Positions 11,764 to 25,239 of a DNA stretch of 64,000 nucleotides are shown here, in pieces; within the stretch, counting starts at the first letter, position 1, and every line of letters begins with the position of its first letter. The stretch is from Mobula hypostoma (lineage: Eukaryota). Location: positions 34,100,001 through 34,164,000 of the forward strand of contig NC_086120.1 of the NCBI RefSeq assembly GCF_963921235.1, given 5' to 3'. Position numbers and translations under genes: made by a program. The notes under the pieces are model-generated. The model was not told where the DNA came from. It worked only from the letters and a program-made list of their open reading frames with translations, and made no database searches.

Positions 11764-13439
11764 TTAAGCCTGAGGTCATGGTCCTCGGCAGTTACAATGA
11801 CATAGGCAGGAAGGATAATGAGCTCCTGCAAAGTGAGTTTGTGAGTTAGGTGCTAAGTTAAAGAACAGGGCCTCCAGGGTGGTAATCTCAGGAATGCTAC
11901 CAGTGCCACAAGCTAGTCTGGCCAATAAAAGGAAGATAATGCAGTTTAACACATGGCTAAAGAGATGGTGAAAGAGAGGATTTCAGACTTCTCTTTCATT
12001 GGGCTCTCTTCCAGAGAAGGTGGGACAGTTTGCACCTGAACTATAGGGGGACAAATATCCTTGCGGGAAAGTTTGCTGGTGAAGCACCAGCATGTTTGAA
12101 CTGAGGTGCGGGTTGGTGGGAATCAGAGTGGCTGATCAGTAAGTGGAGTGGTTGTGGGGAAAGTAGATTAATCCTACACGCAGAGTCAGAAACCAGAGGC
12201 GGAGCATAGTGGGACTTAAGTTCAGAGTTGCACGTATTTCAATGCAAAGAGTATTGTAGGTAAAGCAAATGGACTTAGAGCATGTTTAAGCATAGGTAAT
12301 TACAATGTTGTTTCCATTAGTGAGACCTGGTTGAGGAAGGAGCAGGACTGGCAGCTCAACGCTCTGGGGTTCCATTGTTTTAGACACGATGGAGGGTACC
12401 AAAGGGGAGGAGTGGCGTTAATCATTAGGGAAAATGTCATGGCAGTACTCAGAGAGGACGTACTAGAGGGTTCATCCACTGAGGCAATATGGGTGTAACT
12501 GAGGAATAAGAAAGGTATGACCACCCTTAATGGGGGTATATTATAGACCTCCCAATGGTAGGCAGATTTTAGAGCAGCAAATTTGTAGAGAGATAGCAGT
12601 CAACTGCAAGAAAAATAAGGCTGTGATAGTTATTGATCTTAATTTTCTGCATATTGACTGGACTCCCATACTGTAAACAGACTGAATGGGATAGCTAAAT
12701 GTGTTCAGGAAAGTTTACTTAATCAACACGTAGAGGTCCCAATTAAAGAGGGCATGATTACTAGAACTCCCCTTAGAGAATGAGACAGGGTAGAGAACAG
12801 AAGTGTGTGTAGTAGAACACTTTGGATATAGTGATCATAATTCCATGAGTTTCAAGATAGCTATAGAGGAGGATAGGACTGATCTTCAGGTTGGGATTCT
12901 AAATTGGTGAAAGACCAATTTTTATGGTATCAGAAGAGATCTCTCAGGTATGGATTGGGATAGGTTTTTTTTCCCTCAGGCAACAGGATGCTTATTAAGC
13001 AGAAGGCTTTCAAAAGTGAAATACCGTGAGTACAGATTTATAGGTTCCTGTTAGAATAAAAGGCAAGGCTAACAGGTTTAAGGAACTTTGGGGTACAGGA
13101 GTCCCAATGAAAGATCTTGGATCAAAACATCCATTCTTTGTTCCCCTCCATAGATGTTACTTGACTTGCTGAGTTCCTCCAGCATTTTTTTAAGGATATA
13201 TAAGTATTTGGATTGACATTAGGAATATTCAAAATGGTTTTGTGTGTGGTAGGTCATGTCTAACCAATCTTGTAGGGTTTTTTGAGTTGGTTATGAGGAA
13301 GGTTGATGAAGGAAAAGCTATGGATATTGTCTACATCAACTTTAGTAAAGCCTTTGACAAAGACTCACATGGGAGGCTAGTCCAGAAGGCTGAGTTGCTT
13401 GTCACTCCAGGATGACATAGTAAATTAGATTCAGCAATC

Positions 13440-13610
13440 CAAACAGGAGAAAATCTGTAGGTGCTGGAAATCCCAGCAGCACACACAGAATGCTAGAGGA
13501 ACTCAGCAGGCCAGGCAGCATCTATGGAAAAAAGTACTATCGATGTTTTGGGCCGAAACCCTATGGCAGGACTGGAGGAAAAAAATCTAGAAGATGGGGG
13601 GAGGGGAGAA
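13440..13610 (-). mobile_element. Penelope pLTR fragment nested in CR1
   Basis: Same pLTR sequence, interrupting a CR1 RT region. Confidence 0.75.
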
Positions 13611-13734
13611 CATTTACTTAGCGGGAGAAGACAGATAGTTGTAGTAGATGGTTTTCTCACTGACTGGAGGCCTATGACCATTGTTGTGCCTCAGATTTCG
13701 CTGCTGGTCAATTGTTGCTTGTCGTCTATCTTCA

Positions 13735-13993
13735 GCTGTCCATCGATTTTCGATGTTGACTGAGGCCTGGGCAAGGTTGTATGGAAGACTGGCAGTTGCC
13801 CATGTTGCAAGTCTCCTCTCTCCATGCCACTGATGTTGTCCAAGGGAAGGGCTCTAGGACACATACAGCTTGGCACCAGTGTCGTCGCAGAGCAATGTGT
13901 GGTTAAGTGCCTTGTTCAAGAACTGAGCTGAGGCTCGAACTAGCGACCTTCGGATCACTAGACTGACGCCATAACCACTTGGCCACGTGCCAC
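13735..13993 (-). mobile_element. tRNA-derived SINE nested in CR1
   Basis: Pol III A box TGGCCAAGTGG and B box GTTCGAGCC on the minus strand; duplicated flank ttgtcRtctat. Confidence 0.78.
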
Positions 13994-14651
13994 ACTATAT
14001 TAATTGTCATCTATATTAATGACTTAGATGATAATGTGGCAAACTGGATCAGCAAATTTGCAGATGACACCAAGATTGGAGGCAATGTGGACAGTGAGGA
14101 AGGCTATCAAAGCTTGCAGAATTTTCTCAATCATTTGGCAAAATAGGCTATACGTAGCAGATAGATTTTAATGTAAACAAGTGTGAAGTGTTGCACGTTG
14201 GCAGGACAAACCAGGGCAGGACTAAAGCAGAGAATGGAAGGGTGCTGAGATGTGCAGTAGATCTGGAATACAGTGCCATAACAAGAAAGTGGTGGCCCAG
14301 TTAGAGCCGTAAAGAGAGCTTTTGGAACTCTGAGATGGAGTGAGACTAGAAGTAGAGGTCATGGTTTAGGGTAAATAGTAAAATATTTAAGGAGAACATG
14401 AGGGGAAAGTTTTTCACTTAGAGGGTGGTGCAAGTGTGAAACAAATGGCCAGTGGAAGTGGTGAAGGCGGTTCCAATGCAACATTTAAGAGAAGTTTGTA
14501 TCGGTATGGAAGGCTATGGTCCTGGTGCAGGTAGATGGGACTAGGCAGAAAAACAAGGTGGTATGGATTAGATGGGCCAAAGTGCCTGTTTCAGTGACTA
14601 GATACTTTGTAAATTTTCATTCTCTAAAACTTAGTCCAACACTAATTTTAC

Positions 14652-14811
14652 CCTCTGGCTTGATATCATCATCTGTGGTTTCGAAAGATTTTCTGTTGAT
14701 TTCCTCCACCGTGGGTTTTGGCGTGTAGACGAAGGGATGGATGACCTTCGTGTAAATAATATGAGAACCATTCCAGTCAACGGGTGCCATGCACCACAGC
14801 AGAAGGAGAGT
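14652..14811 (-). CDS. REEP6-like paralog coding exon 3 ([54 protein letters not shown])
   Basis: [17 protein letters not shown] conserved; acceptor ctctgcag, donor gtaaaa; 160 nt; phases match REEP6 exon 4. Confidence 0.92.
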
Positions 14812-16169
14812 CTGCAGAGTGAAATAACAAGACTTTTACATACACAGCAAGCCTTCAGGCATGAGCAGGACAATAGATTGAGTGGCATTCCACTTGGATT
14901 TGACTTCCAGTCTAACTTAGCTCAATACAAAGTGCTGCAGTGTCTATTAAGTCTGGGTAAGTTAAAATAGGATCGTTATCTCATTTGTATTTATAGAGAG
15001 GGCCTGAGATGCTGTTTATACTGTCATGAGGTGTGGTAGATTGATCTTTCACCATTTCAGTTTTATTGTAACAAAAGGGATCTGCTGCTTGAACCCCATT
15101 AGGAAAGTTTGTTAGCTTTGATCCAACTTAAAACAGCAAAGGGAAATAATAAGCCATCTTGTCCAGTTCCTAATATTCTAATATTAATGTAATATTAAAA
15201 AGAACTTCAACAGTGCACCGTGTGACTTAGTGGATGGAATAGTGTAAAATAAGGGCACCATTATTTTGTTAACTAACATAACTGGGATATCTGTGTTTGT
15301 AGCTCAATGTTAATTAGTGATCCAGTGATTTTTCAAAGGCTTCACCAGGTAAAGCCCTTTCCATGTAGTCAAGGGAAATCACTTGAATCAACATAATTTG
15401 TGACCTTAGTGCAGAATTATATCATTTGGTCCTTCAACCTGGTCCACCATTCAATAAGAGTTTGGCTTCATTATCTCTCTGATTATTCCTTATGACCTTC
15501 TCCACTATAGTCCAAATTTTATCTGTCTTGTCTTTAAGTGTATAGTAATATACATTGAAAGTAACTAAGGCACTGATCCCTGTGCCTTCCTAATTACAAC
15601 TTCCAACCTAAAAATGACTTAACTCATTTTTCAGAAAGTTAGTTAACATTCTTTCTTTGTAAATTTATGTTATTACTAATTCCATGAGCTTCTGTCTTTC
15701 GGAATAATGACATGCCACTCCATCCAGTGCTTTTTGGAAATCCAAATAGATTACATCAACTGGCTCCCTTTATCCTCATGGCACCCATGCATTAAGAGGA
15801 GTTGAGTTCCGAGAAAACAGTCCGTATCACAATTTTATGTATAACACAAAGCTGCATTGTCAGTGCCTTATTCAAGAAATATGAGATAAAAATAAATTCT
15901 GTGTTAATGTATTTACATTTTCCACATTGTTTTTGTATCTGTATTTCAAATTCTAGGGTCATGAGTTGTGAATTCCACAAGGGCAGATTTCCATTACCTA
16001 AATGGCCATAACATGGAGATTGGCTGTGTCTTTATGACATAGGACAAGGTCCCACCCAACCTTTTTATGTTAATTGCCCTATCATTAAACGAGGGCTCTG
16101 TGAAATCCAGGATGTGATCCCCTAATATAGAGAATATTGGCTTTTAAATAGCACACTAAATCCTAAAAA

Positions 16170-17230
16170 AAGGGATAATGAGGTATAGTTCATGGGTTTA
16201 TGGACCCTTTAGAAATCTGATGGCAGAGGGGAAGAATATAGATCTTCAGGCACTTGTACCTCCTCCCTGATGGTAGTAACGAGAAGAGAGCATGTCCCGG
16301 ATGGTGACAGTTCTTAATGATGGGTGCCGCTTTCCTGAGGCACTAATTCTTAATGATGCCCTCAGTGGTAGGGAGTGTTGTGGCTGTGATAGAGCTGGCT
16401 GAGTCTACAATACTCTGCTGCCTCTTGTGATCCTGTACGTTGCAGGTGCCATACCAGGCTGTTTGCCACCAGTCAGAATACTCTCCACTGTATATCTACA
16501 GAATACTCTCTCACTGTATATCTACCGAGATGCAACACTGAGCGTCATAGGAAGTCATTTCTGCCTGTGGCCATCAAACTTTACAACTCCTCCCTTGGAG
16601 GGTCAGACACCCTGAGCCAATAGGCTGGTCCTGGACTTATTTCATTATTTACTGGCATAATTTACATATTACTATTTAAATATTTATGGTTTTATTACTA
16701 TTTAATTATGGTGCAACTGTAACGAAAACCAATTTCCCCCGGGATCAATAAAGTATGACTAAGAATCTATAGAATTTGTCTCTAACATATATTGCAAAAA
16801 ATACAGTAGGTCAACTTCCTTTAAAAAAAATGACGACTTTTAGCATCACATTATTCTAATCTTTATTTACACAATGAATAGTTTCAAGAAAAGTTAACCA
16901 AACACGGCACGATTTGCTTCTGAGTACAGCAGAATCAGAATCAGGCTTAATATCACCAGCATATGTCATGAAATTTGTGAACTTAGCAGCAGGAGTACAA
17001 TGCCATACATGATAATATAGAAAAAAAGAATTACGGTATGTATATATGTATATTAAATAGTTAAATTAAAAATAGTGCAAAAACAGAAAAAAAAGTGAGG
17101 TGGTGTTCATGGGATCAATGTCCATTTAGAAATTGGATGGCAGAGGGGAAGAAGCTGTTCCTGAATTACTAAGTGTGTGCCTTCAGGCTTCTGTACCTCC
17201 TTCCTGATGGTAACAATGAGAAGAGGGTTC
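16170..17230 (-). mobile_element. Cluster of Rex1/Babar-like LINE 3' fragments (also about 7630-8160, 10200-10500, 43050-43520, 44250-44620, 56215-56480, 62345-62650)
   Basis: Recurrent segment reading RRYRSLK.HT..FRNSFFP on the coding strand; family assignment from memory. Confidence 0.65.
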
Positions 17231-17686
17231 TTTGATGTGATTGACTGCTCCGCCAACTCACTAGGTGCCAGTTTTGCCTTTAGATGATGACTGGCAGATG
17301 CAGGCACCAACAAAGGAAAGCCTTGCTACGGAAATCACTAGACTCATATCAACATAGAACCTATGGCCTCACTTACAAGGACTCTACTGCTCATGCTCCC
17401 TGTATTTATTTGTTTGTTTCCATTTGGTTTTTGTTTGTACTTGCACAATTTGTATAGTTTCTTATTGATTCATTGATCTACTGAGAATGCTATGGGGACA
17501 TAAGGTGTACGTAATTTGATAATGAATTTACTTTGAACTTTAGATGTTTACAGGGAGATTGCCCCAGTTCAAAGGGAGGAGCTGTTGTTTCACGGCTGAC
17601 TACAATTTCTGATCTCTTGTGTCCACTATTTTATTCAGCTGAAATTAAATGAGGACCAGAAGACAGAGGTGAATATTGTTACATAC

Positions 17687-17825
17687 CTTCAATTTATAAA
17701 AGGCTGGAAATGCATAGAAGAGGATGCTTGCCACACATTCAACGATAGCAAATGTGCCATAGATCACCCAATAACTAAGCCACTTCAATTTTTCCTTTTT
17801 ATCGGCACTTTCAATAGCTAAAACT
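17687..17825 (-). CDS. REEP6-like paralog coding exon 2 (VLAIESADKKEKLKWLSYWVIYGTFAIVECVASILFYAFPAFYKLK)
   Basis: 139 nt like REEP6 exon 3; 23/46 aa identical by hand alignment; acceptor ttctcag, donor gtatgt; inside supplied ORF 17645..17980. Confidence 0.93.
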
Positions 17826-18489
17826 CTGAGAATAATCAAAACATCAAAGGCAGTTACAGCAATTTTGCATTTGATTATTTGTATAAACAAATTAGAAAAC
17901 TTTTTATTTTCCTCCTTCCTCACCTTTTTACTTTTTACCTTAACATGGACATGAGATAGCCATTTAGCCCCTTGCAGCATTCAATAAGATCAAGAATATC
18001 GCCAACTTCATTAGGATATATTTTCCGATAATGAAAATATCCCGGTAACAAAATCAGATTATTAAAAAATAATCTATGGACCAGGAACAATGACGGTATT
18101 ATTCTTCGCTATTGCCCTAAGTGGTGGTAATGGTGAACAGCTATCTCGAGTCACTATTTTTGCCTTGAACAACTTGCCCTTCATGCTATTGGGTAAGGGG
18201 TTCCAGAATACAGACCAAGCAACAAACCTATGATCTAAAACATCCCCTAATTATCATTAACAATTGAAAGTATCAGTTGCGGATTTTATAAAAACGTTCA
18301 AGATGTTCACCACACTCCAAATTTTTTACCATCTTCAAACCCACTCTTCATGAGCCTGATCAATGTTATCAGATGCTTAGACCATGAGGAAAGTCACAGC
18401 AAAATTTGATTTTTCTAATTTGATACATTTATTCACATCAATATAAGATTCAGTGCTTAATCTGCATGCACAATATATTCATGTCATCT

Positions 18490-19312
18490 CCAGCCACAGG
18501 CAATGTCTGGAGGACTGGCAAGTAGCTAATGTTGTTCCATTATTCAAGAAGGCAACCAAGGATAATCCAGGAAACTATAGACTGGTGAGTTTCACGTCAG
18601 TGGTAGAGAAGTGGTACAAGAGAGAATTCTTAGGGATAGGGTTTATGAGCATTTGGAAAACCATGGCCGAATAGGGAGAACCAGCATAGACAAGTCATGC
18701 ATAAACATGCAGGACAAGTCGTGTCTTATTCACTTGATTAAGTTTTCTGATGACATTACAAGAGTGATTGAAGAAGCTAGAACTGTGGATATTGTCTACT
18801 GGATTTTAGTAAGGCATTTGACAAAGTCCTTCATGGGAGTCTCATCCAGAAGATTGAGATGCATGGGATCAAAGGTGAATTGGCTGTTTGGATTCAGAAC
18901 TGGCTTGTCAATAGAAAACAGAGGGTAGTGGTCAGTGGGACTTATTCTAGCTGGAGGTCTGTGATTAGTGGTGTTCTGCAGGCGTCTGTACTGAGATCTC
19001 TTCAGTTTATGAAGTATATCAATGATCTAGATAAAAATGTAGATAGATTGGTTAGTAAGTTTGAAAATGATATGAAGATTGGTGGTGTTGTAGATAGTGT
19101 GAAAAACTGACAAAGATACAGCGGGATATAGACCAGTTGTCGATATGGGCAGAGAAATGGCAGATAGAGTTTAGCCCAGCCAAGTGTGAGATGTTGCACC
19201 TTGGGAGGTCAAATTTAAAGAGACAATATGCAGTTAAATGCAAAACCATTAACAGTGATGTTGAGTTCCAAGTTCATAACTCCCTGAAAGTGGTTACACA
19301 GGTTGATAGAAT
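18490..19312 (+). mobile_element. CR1 LINE RT fragment
   Basis: EDWQVANVVPLFKK..PGNYR; WIQNWLVNRKQRVVV; YINDLD..SKFENDMKIGG. Confidence 0.9.
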
Positions 19313-19556
19313 AGGTAACGAATTTCAACATGTTTTAACTTAACGGCCAAAAGCACAACGTGAAAGGATTAAATGATAAGAGAGTTATTTGAACTTTCTA
19401 TTCTCTACCTGGCTCAGGTGTGTTACCAGGAATGACTGCTGATGGAAGTAAAACTTATGGGTCACAATTGATATGAGAAATGCACTACGGACAATGGTGC
19501 AGTGATGTGAATCACTACCCTCTGCTGGTACTTTACAGGCAGTGTATTGTGTATGG

Positions 19557-20347
19557 TAGGGGTCCCCAACCCTTTTTGCACCGCGGACCGGTTTAATATT
19601 GACAATTTTCTTGCCGACCGGGTGGGGGGGGGGTGTTAATCACGACTGGAATATAGGTGATAAGTCAACTATAAGTCACTCAATTTCATTTCTAAAAGGG
19701 TTTATCTAATGAATTTAATATTAGACACACAGCGCATATTTTCCTCGTATGAACATATAAAGTCATTGCAACACACCAATATCGCTGAATCAGTGGGAGC
19801 CCTGGGCTTGTTTTCCCGCAACAGCATGGTCCCATCGAGGGGTGATGGGAGACAGCGATACTCGAAAGGGGTTCCTTATGTCCAGTCTATTCTGCAATTT
19901 AGTTTTCATTGCATTCATTGCAGAAAACTCTGCTTCGCAGCGATATGGAAGCAACGTTTTCAGTGCTTTTGTGGCTATCTCAGGATATTCAGCCTTGACT
20001 TTGATCCAGAATGCCAGCGGAGATGTTATGTCAAACCTACTTTTCAGCCCACCGTCATTTGCAAGCTTGAGGAGTTGATCTTTTTCCTATGCTGACATGG
20101 ATGATTCACTGGGGACATTCACAAATGGGTCACGGACCCATTCCTCTGCACGTCTTGGGTCACTTGCATCTTGGGTCACTGATGACCTCGCGTGTGTTCA
20201 AGCTCAACAGTGCGTGACAGGGAATGAGGAAAGGTGAAGCTGAGTCATATCGCTTCATATTGCCAAATTATATCATTTCCTTGCAGCCTGGTAACACATG
20301 CTTTGCGGTCCTGTACCGGTCCGCGGCCTGGTGCTTGGGGACCACTG
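19557..20347 (-). mobile_element. Non-autonomous hAT (Charlie/Buster) DNA transposon with C-terminal transposase remnant
   Basis: TIRs TAGGGGTCCCCAA / TTGGGGACCACTG; perfect 8-bp TSD gtgtatgg. Minus strand reads FWIKVKAEYPEIATKALKTLLP..CEAEFS..KTKLQNRLD..QAQGSH* (hAT dimerisation domain). Confidence 0.93.
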
Positions 20348-20426
20348 GTGTATGGCTGTGTGATGGGTTTGCCTGCAAGAGTAGGTGTTGTTGGGTGGGT
20401 TGGAGTAAGCATCATATCTACTTAGG

Positions 20427-20815
20427 AACACACACAAAATGCTGGAGGAACTCAGCAGGTCAGGCAGCATCTATGGAAATGAACAGACAATTGACTTTTC
20501 AGGCTGAGACCCTTCTTCAGGACTGACAAGAGAGGGGAAAGAACACAGATGCCAGAATACAAAGGTAGGTGAGTGAGGGGAAGAGAGGCTAGCTGGAAGT
20601 TTATACAGTAGGTATTGACAGGTGGATGGGACAGGTCAAGGGCTGGAGAAGAAAGAATCTGATAGGAGTGGACTATAGGAAAAGGGAAGGAGGAGGGGAC
20701 CCAGAGGGAAGTGATAGGCAGGTGATAGGCAGGTGAGAAGTCGTAAAAGGTCAGAGTGGGGAATAGAGGAAGGGGAGAGGGAATTTGTTTCCCGAAAGGA
20801 GAAATCGATATTCTG
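20427..20815 (-). mobile_element. Penelope-like pLTR/3'UTR fragment with hammerhead motif (20488-20525)
   Basis: Homologous to 61780-62185; minus strand reads CAGTC-CTGAAGA-A-GGGTCTCAGCCT-GAAA-AG-TC-AATTG. Confidence 0.82.
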
Positions 20816-21079
20816 TTTAGGGTTGCACAACTATTGCTAGTATCTGCTGTGTATTCATTAAACCTATTGTATATTACTGTCACTCTTATCACTTCCCACT
20901 AGGTATGAAAGAAACTGCTGTTTGCCCCTCTCCTTATTTCTATCCACAACTCTGTCTAGTTGGGTGATTTCATATTGGTAACAGGTGACCACCATTCAGT
21001 GTCTTACCACAGAGTGATCTCTGGGCTGAGAAGGGATGTACAGCCATAGTGGTGACAGCCGCCCATGGAAGTGAGTAGG

Positions 21080-21560
21080 TAGTCTATGTTTTGGGCCGAG
21101 ACCCTTCTTTGGGAACGAGAAGGAAGGAGGAAGATGCCAGAATGAAAAGGTGGTGGGGGAAGGGAAAAGAGGCTAGCTGGAAGGTGATTGGTGAAGCCAG
21201 GGGGGGTTAAGAGCTGGAGAAGGAGGAATCTGATAGGAGAGGAGAGTGACCCACAGAAGAAAGAAGGAGGGGACCTGGGGGAATTAATAGACAGGTGAGT
21301 AGAAGTAAAGGGTTAGAATGGGGAGGAATTTGATTATCAGAAGAAGAAATCGATATCCATGCCATCATGTTGAAGGCTACCCAGGCAGAATACAAGGTGT
21401 TGCTCCTCCACCCTGAGGTAGCCTCATCTTGGCACAAGAGATGGCCATGGGCTGACATCTCAGAAAGGGGGTGGGAATTGGAATTAAAATGTTTGGCCAC
21501 TGGGAAGTCCCGCTTGTGGCGGTACTCATCGGCGTAGTCCCCCGATGTAGAGGAGGTTTA
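21080..21560 (-). mobile_element. Penelope-like fragment (endonuclease C-terminus plus degenerate pLTR)
   Basis: AKHFNSNSHPLSEMSAHGHLLCQDEAT is homologous to ORF 61621..61812. Confidence 0.8.
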
Positions 21561-24500
21561 AGATGACACTGGTGAATCTCAGTGGCCTCTGGCAGGTGGC
21601 CGATGAAACAAGGGAAACAACTAAACACTTTGTTAATCACTCTTTTTCTGGTAAATGATCATCGCAAATGGTCTGTAACTTTCCTTCAGACTTGGAGGTA
21701 ATTCAGTGTGGCAGAACCCAGGCAAGTCGAGGCAGTGGGCCCATCACCAGGTGTGAGGAAGACCAGAGGTTTGATCAATTTAAGCACTTGGCCAACTTAG
21801 AAAGGCTGAGTACAGGCTGAATCGAGGCGCTGAGATCCAGGCCTCAGAGCCTACCCGAGTGATTCAACCTGATATTTGGACGATGATTTATGCACCTGGC
21901 TAGAGGAAAAGGTCAGGGTGTCAGGGCCCAAGGCACCTCTCTGCTCCGCACTGCACTGAAGTAAGAGTCTGGGGCTGAGCTCTCTGTGGACTTCCATTCA
22001 AAATACTATTTGCTTGTGTTGTTTGCATGATTTGTGTTTTTTTTTCCTTCTGCACAGTGGGTGTTTGACAGTCTTTTTAATGGGTTCTTTCAGGTTTCTT
22101 TGTTTCGTGCCTGCTGGTTAGGAGACAAATCTCAAGGTTGTATAATATATGCATACTTTGACATTTTGAACTTGTTTCATCATTCAGTGAAATCAACACT
22201 GCATTAACTATGCTCAATTTTCTTCTCTTCTTAAGCCCATCACCTGTACTGAGTCACAGTCCTCCGTCCTGAGCCAGTCATTTAAGTTTTCCCAGGTGTA
22301 GCCCATCTTTTTGGTGTATCCAACCTCTTGCAAGGATGAGGTCTTTGGAGCTTTTGATGGCATTTCTGTAGTATTGTTTTTTAAAAAAAATAGTCCCAAG
22401 TCCAACCCTCCCCTTTTCACGTCATACTTGGGAGCAGCCAAACAGAATTATTTTTCTTCCCAGGCATCTATTTCAGTGAACATTCATATTGCAATTCCTT
22501 TGTGTGAACAAGTGCTTTAAGTCTCTTCCAATGCTCTGCCTCAGATTTTTAAGGATTACCTTTGTTTGTCCTATTATACTCCCCCACATCGTACTCAAGG
22601 GGAAGTGTGGAGGAATGGATAACTACAGCCCTGTTCCTTTCATTATTAAAAACCGTGATCAGATAAACCTTGTGCATTCCAGGACCAACGTGGAGTAGCT
22701 AGAACTGTTGATAGCTCAGAGGAACTTTAATCAGAGTATTGTGTAATTGCAATTAAACTCTCCAGCTGTATATTCCAACCTTCCAGTTATGAATGCGCAA
22801 TACTGATTCTGCACGCACTCTTAATTTCTTTGAATCAGCACTGTCCCTTGCCTTTCACCAACTAGATTGCCCTTTTACCCTATAGTGGATGATCCTATAT
22901 CCCCTATATCATATTTAAGTTTTTATGATATTATTCTGTATGTGATACTTTTTCAGGACATTTGAGTGGCATATGCTGCAAGACTAGGTAAATGGGGCAC
23001 AAGCTCACACTAACCAATCTCACAATTCCTACTCTTCACCGAAACCACCAATTAATTCCTTAAATAAGTTTACCATCCTAAACTCCTGTCAATTAAGCAA
23101 TTCTTTCTGCTGTTCTGTTACCATTTATAAAAAAAGATCAGAAACTCCTCCAGAAATTTACCATTGACAGATAGTTGACTGCCAGTTTCTAAGGTAACTT
23201 CATTCTGTACACTTGTGTAATTAAAGGCCTGTGCCCACATCCACTATTGTTTCATTTAGTTTTCTGCAAGTTTTGAGGAGGTTGCAAGCACTTCATGTGA
23301 GCTGTTGTTTATCATCTGCTCTGAGGATGAAAATTTTTTAAATCTTCATTAAAATGCAAATATTCTTAGTTACTGCAGTATCCAATAATAGTATTCAGGA
23401 AAAGAAAATTGATCCATTCCAGTTGGAAGCAAGATTGTTTCTTTGTAAGAGAACTTGTTCAATTATTTGTTTTAAATATGTGACTCCGAAAACAAGGTGC
23501 AGGAGCATATTATTCACTTCCTTGACCTTGCTCAGCCACGCAATAGGATCAAGGCTAAGCCAATCTTAGATTTACTTTCATCTTCCTACTCAATCCTTCA
23601 GAAATCTGCGGCCCATATAGAAGGCTTCTGTATCATTAAGATACAGAATTAATGAGTTGCTGTGGCAGAGAGTCAAAGCAAAACACAAAGAGCAAATGGT
23701 CTCCTTTACACTGTTATTGTTGGATTCTTCTATGAACCCCCAATAGGTCTGGAATCCAAAAGTTTGTCATAGACTTTAATATACTTAAGACTCCAATTCC
23801 AAACCTCCTTGGGTGCGATTTTCCAAAGATCTGCAACTCCGAGAGAAAAAGAATTCTCAGTTTACGCTTAATGTCCTCAAGATCCAGATTCTGTCTGCCA
23901 GTAGAAAAATCTTTCTCTCACTGCCCATTGCCTCATGTTTTCAAAATGGGATTGTTTCTCAATCTTCTGACCTCCAATCTGCACAAATTTTCCTTAACAG
24001 CGAGAATAATTTAGTAAATCTCCATGCAAAATATGGAGACAAAAATTGCTTGCTGTGCTCTGGGTTCAGGTTCAAGATCTTTGTAACTGTAACAAACTTT
24101 CCCCAACTACAACCAGATGGCACAGACTCAGAATACAAATATGTCCCTTCAGAACAGAGATGAGGGAGTATTTCTTTAGGCAAAGGAAGCCATTGCCACA
24201 GAAGGCTCAGGAGGCCATGTCATTGGGTATATTTAAAGCATAGGTTTAAATTTTGTTTAGTGAGGGCGTAAGAGATTACAGGGAGAAAGCAGGAGAATGG
24301 GATCGACGGGAAGAATAAATCAGCCATTATAGAATGATGGAGCAGACTCGATGGTCCGAATGACCCACGCTCCTATGTCTTATGGTCTTCAAGAAAGTTA
24401 ACTAAATTAAATGCAAGTTATGTATTCTTTCTTGTAAAGAAAAATTATAGTAAGTTTTTGTTCCCTCATCCTTGCAGCAAAGGCTACCATTCCATTGTCT

Positions 24501-25239
24501 CCAATTACATTTTGTATTGTTACACAGTTCTCCTAATCTGTCTGCATTTCAACAATATCTATTTTTCCTACCAGTGGATAATCTCACAACTATTCACATT
24601 CTATTCAAATTGATGGTTTAATTCCTACCCCCCACCCCCATACAGGCAGTTTCCTTCTCTCCTCATTTAGTAAAATAACTTAAAAGCACAAGCTTAGATC
24701 TTATTACATCCCTTGAGAGAAAACAAAATTAAATCCTATAGGGATTAATGAAATCTTGCCATTGTACTTCTTCCCCTCTTAACGTAGCAGATTTGCTTCT
24801 GATGAGTTAATTTACAAATTCATTATCGTCAAAACAATGCAATTGTAGAGCAGCTAATCAGTAAACTTTAGATATTTATAAGTAACCAAAGCTATCAAGA
24901 AAGTGCAAAGGTTGACAACATATCTGAATAAATTAATCATTGGCATCCTTTCACAGGATTGAAATGTTACTCCACATGACCTTTGGATGTGCTGTCGACA
25001 ATTCATCCATTGTAGGGCTCAATGTGGAAGGAAAACTGCAACTGAATTTGAAGCAACAATTTATTGGTGACTTAATTTGGTGGTGGTGGTGGGGGGTGGT
25101 GTTGGAAAAACACTCATCTCAAAAACTCCAGACTTGGCTAGTGGAGGAAGGGATGGACAGAGTGAGAGGAAGCTAGTTACTATCTTCATTTCTTATTAAA
25201 ATGTAACTTTCCATTGAGGAAAGTACGTCCTATACTTAC

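Larger units (their letters stand above)
11767..14610 (+). mobile_element. Long decayed CR1 LINE (ORF1 esterase-like end, APE endonuclease, RT) with nested insertions
   Basis: NDIGRK..RVVISG(M)LPVP; YFNAKSI..ISETWL..GGGVALII; DFSKAFD-like and YINDL..SKFADDTKIGG remnants. Confidence 0.88.

Noticed and set aside
13930-13993. tRNA gene
   Set aside because: A and B boxes are present but continue into a SINE body; no complete cloverleaf.
17645-17980. Treating the paralog exon as a processed pseudogene or a mutually exclusive REEP6 exon
   Set aside because: Introns are retained at ancestral positions and the exons lie downstream of the REEP6 stop and 3'UTR.
22214-22441. 75-aa minus-strand ORF
   Set aside because: Looks like a decayed RTE-type LINE end; no splice or homology support.
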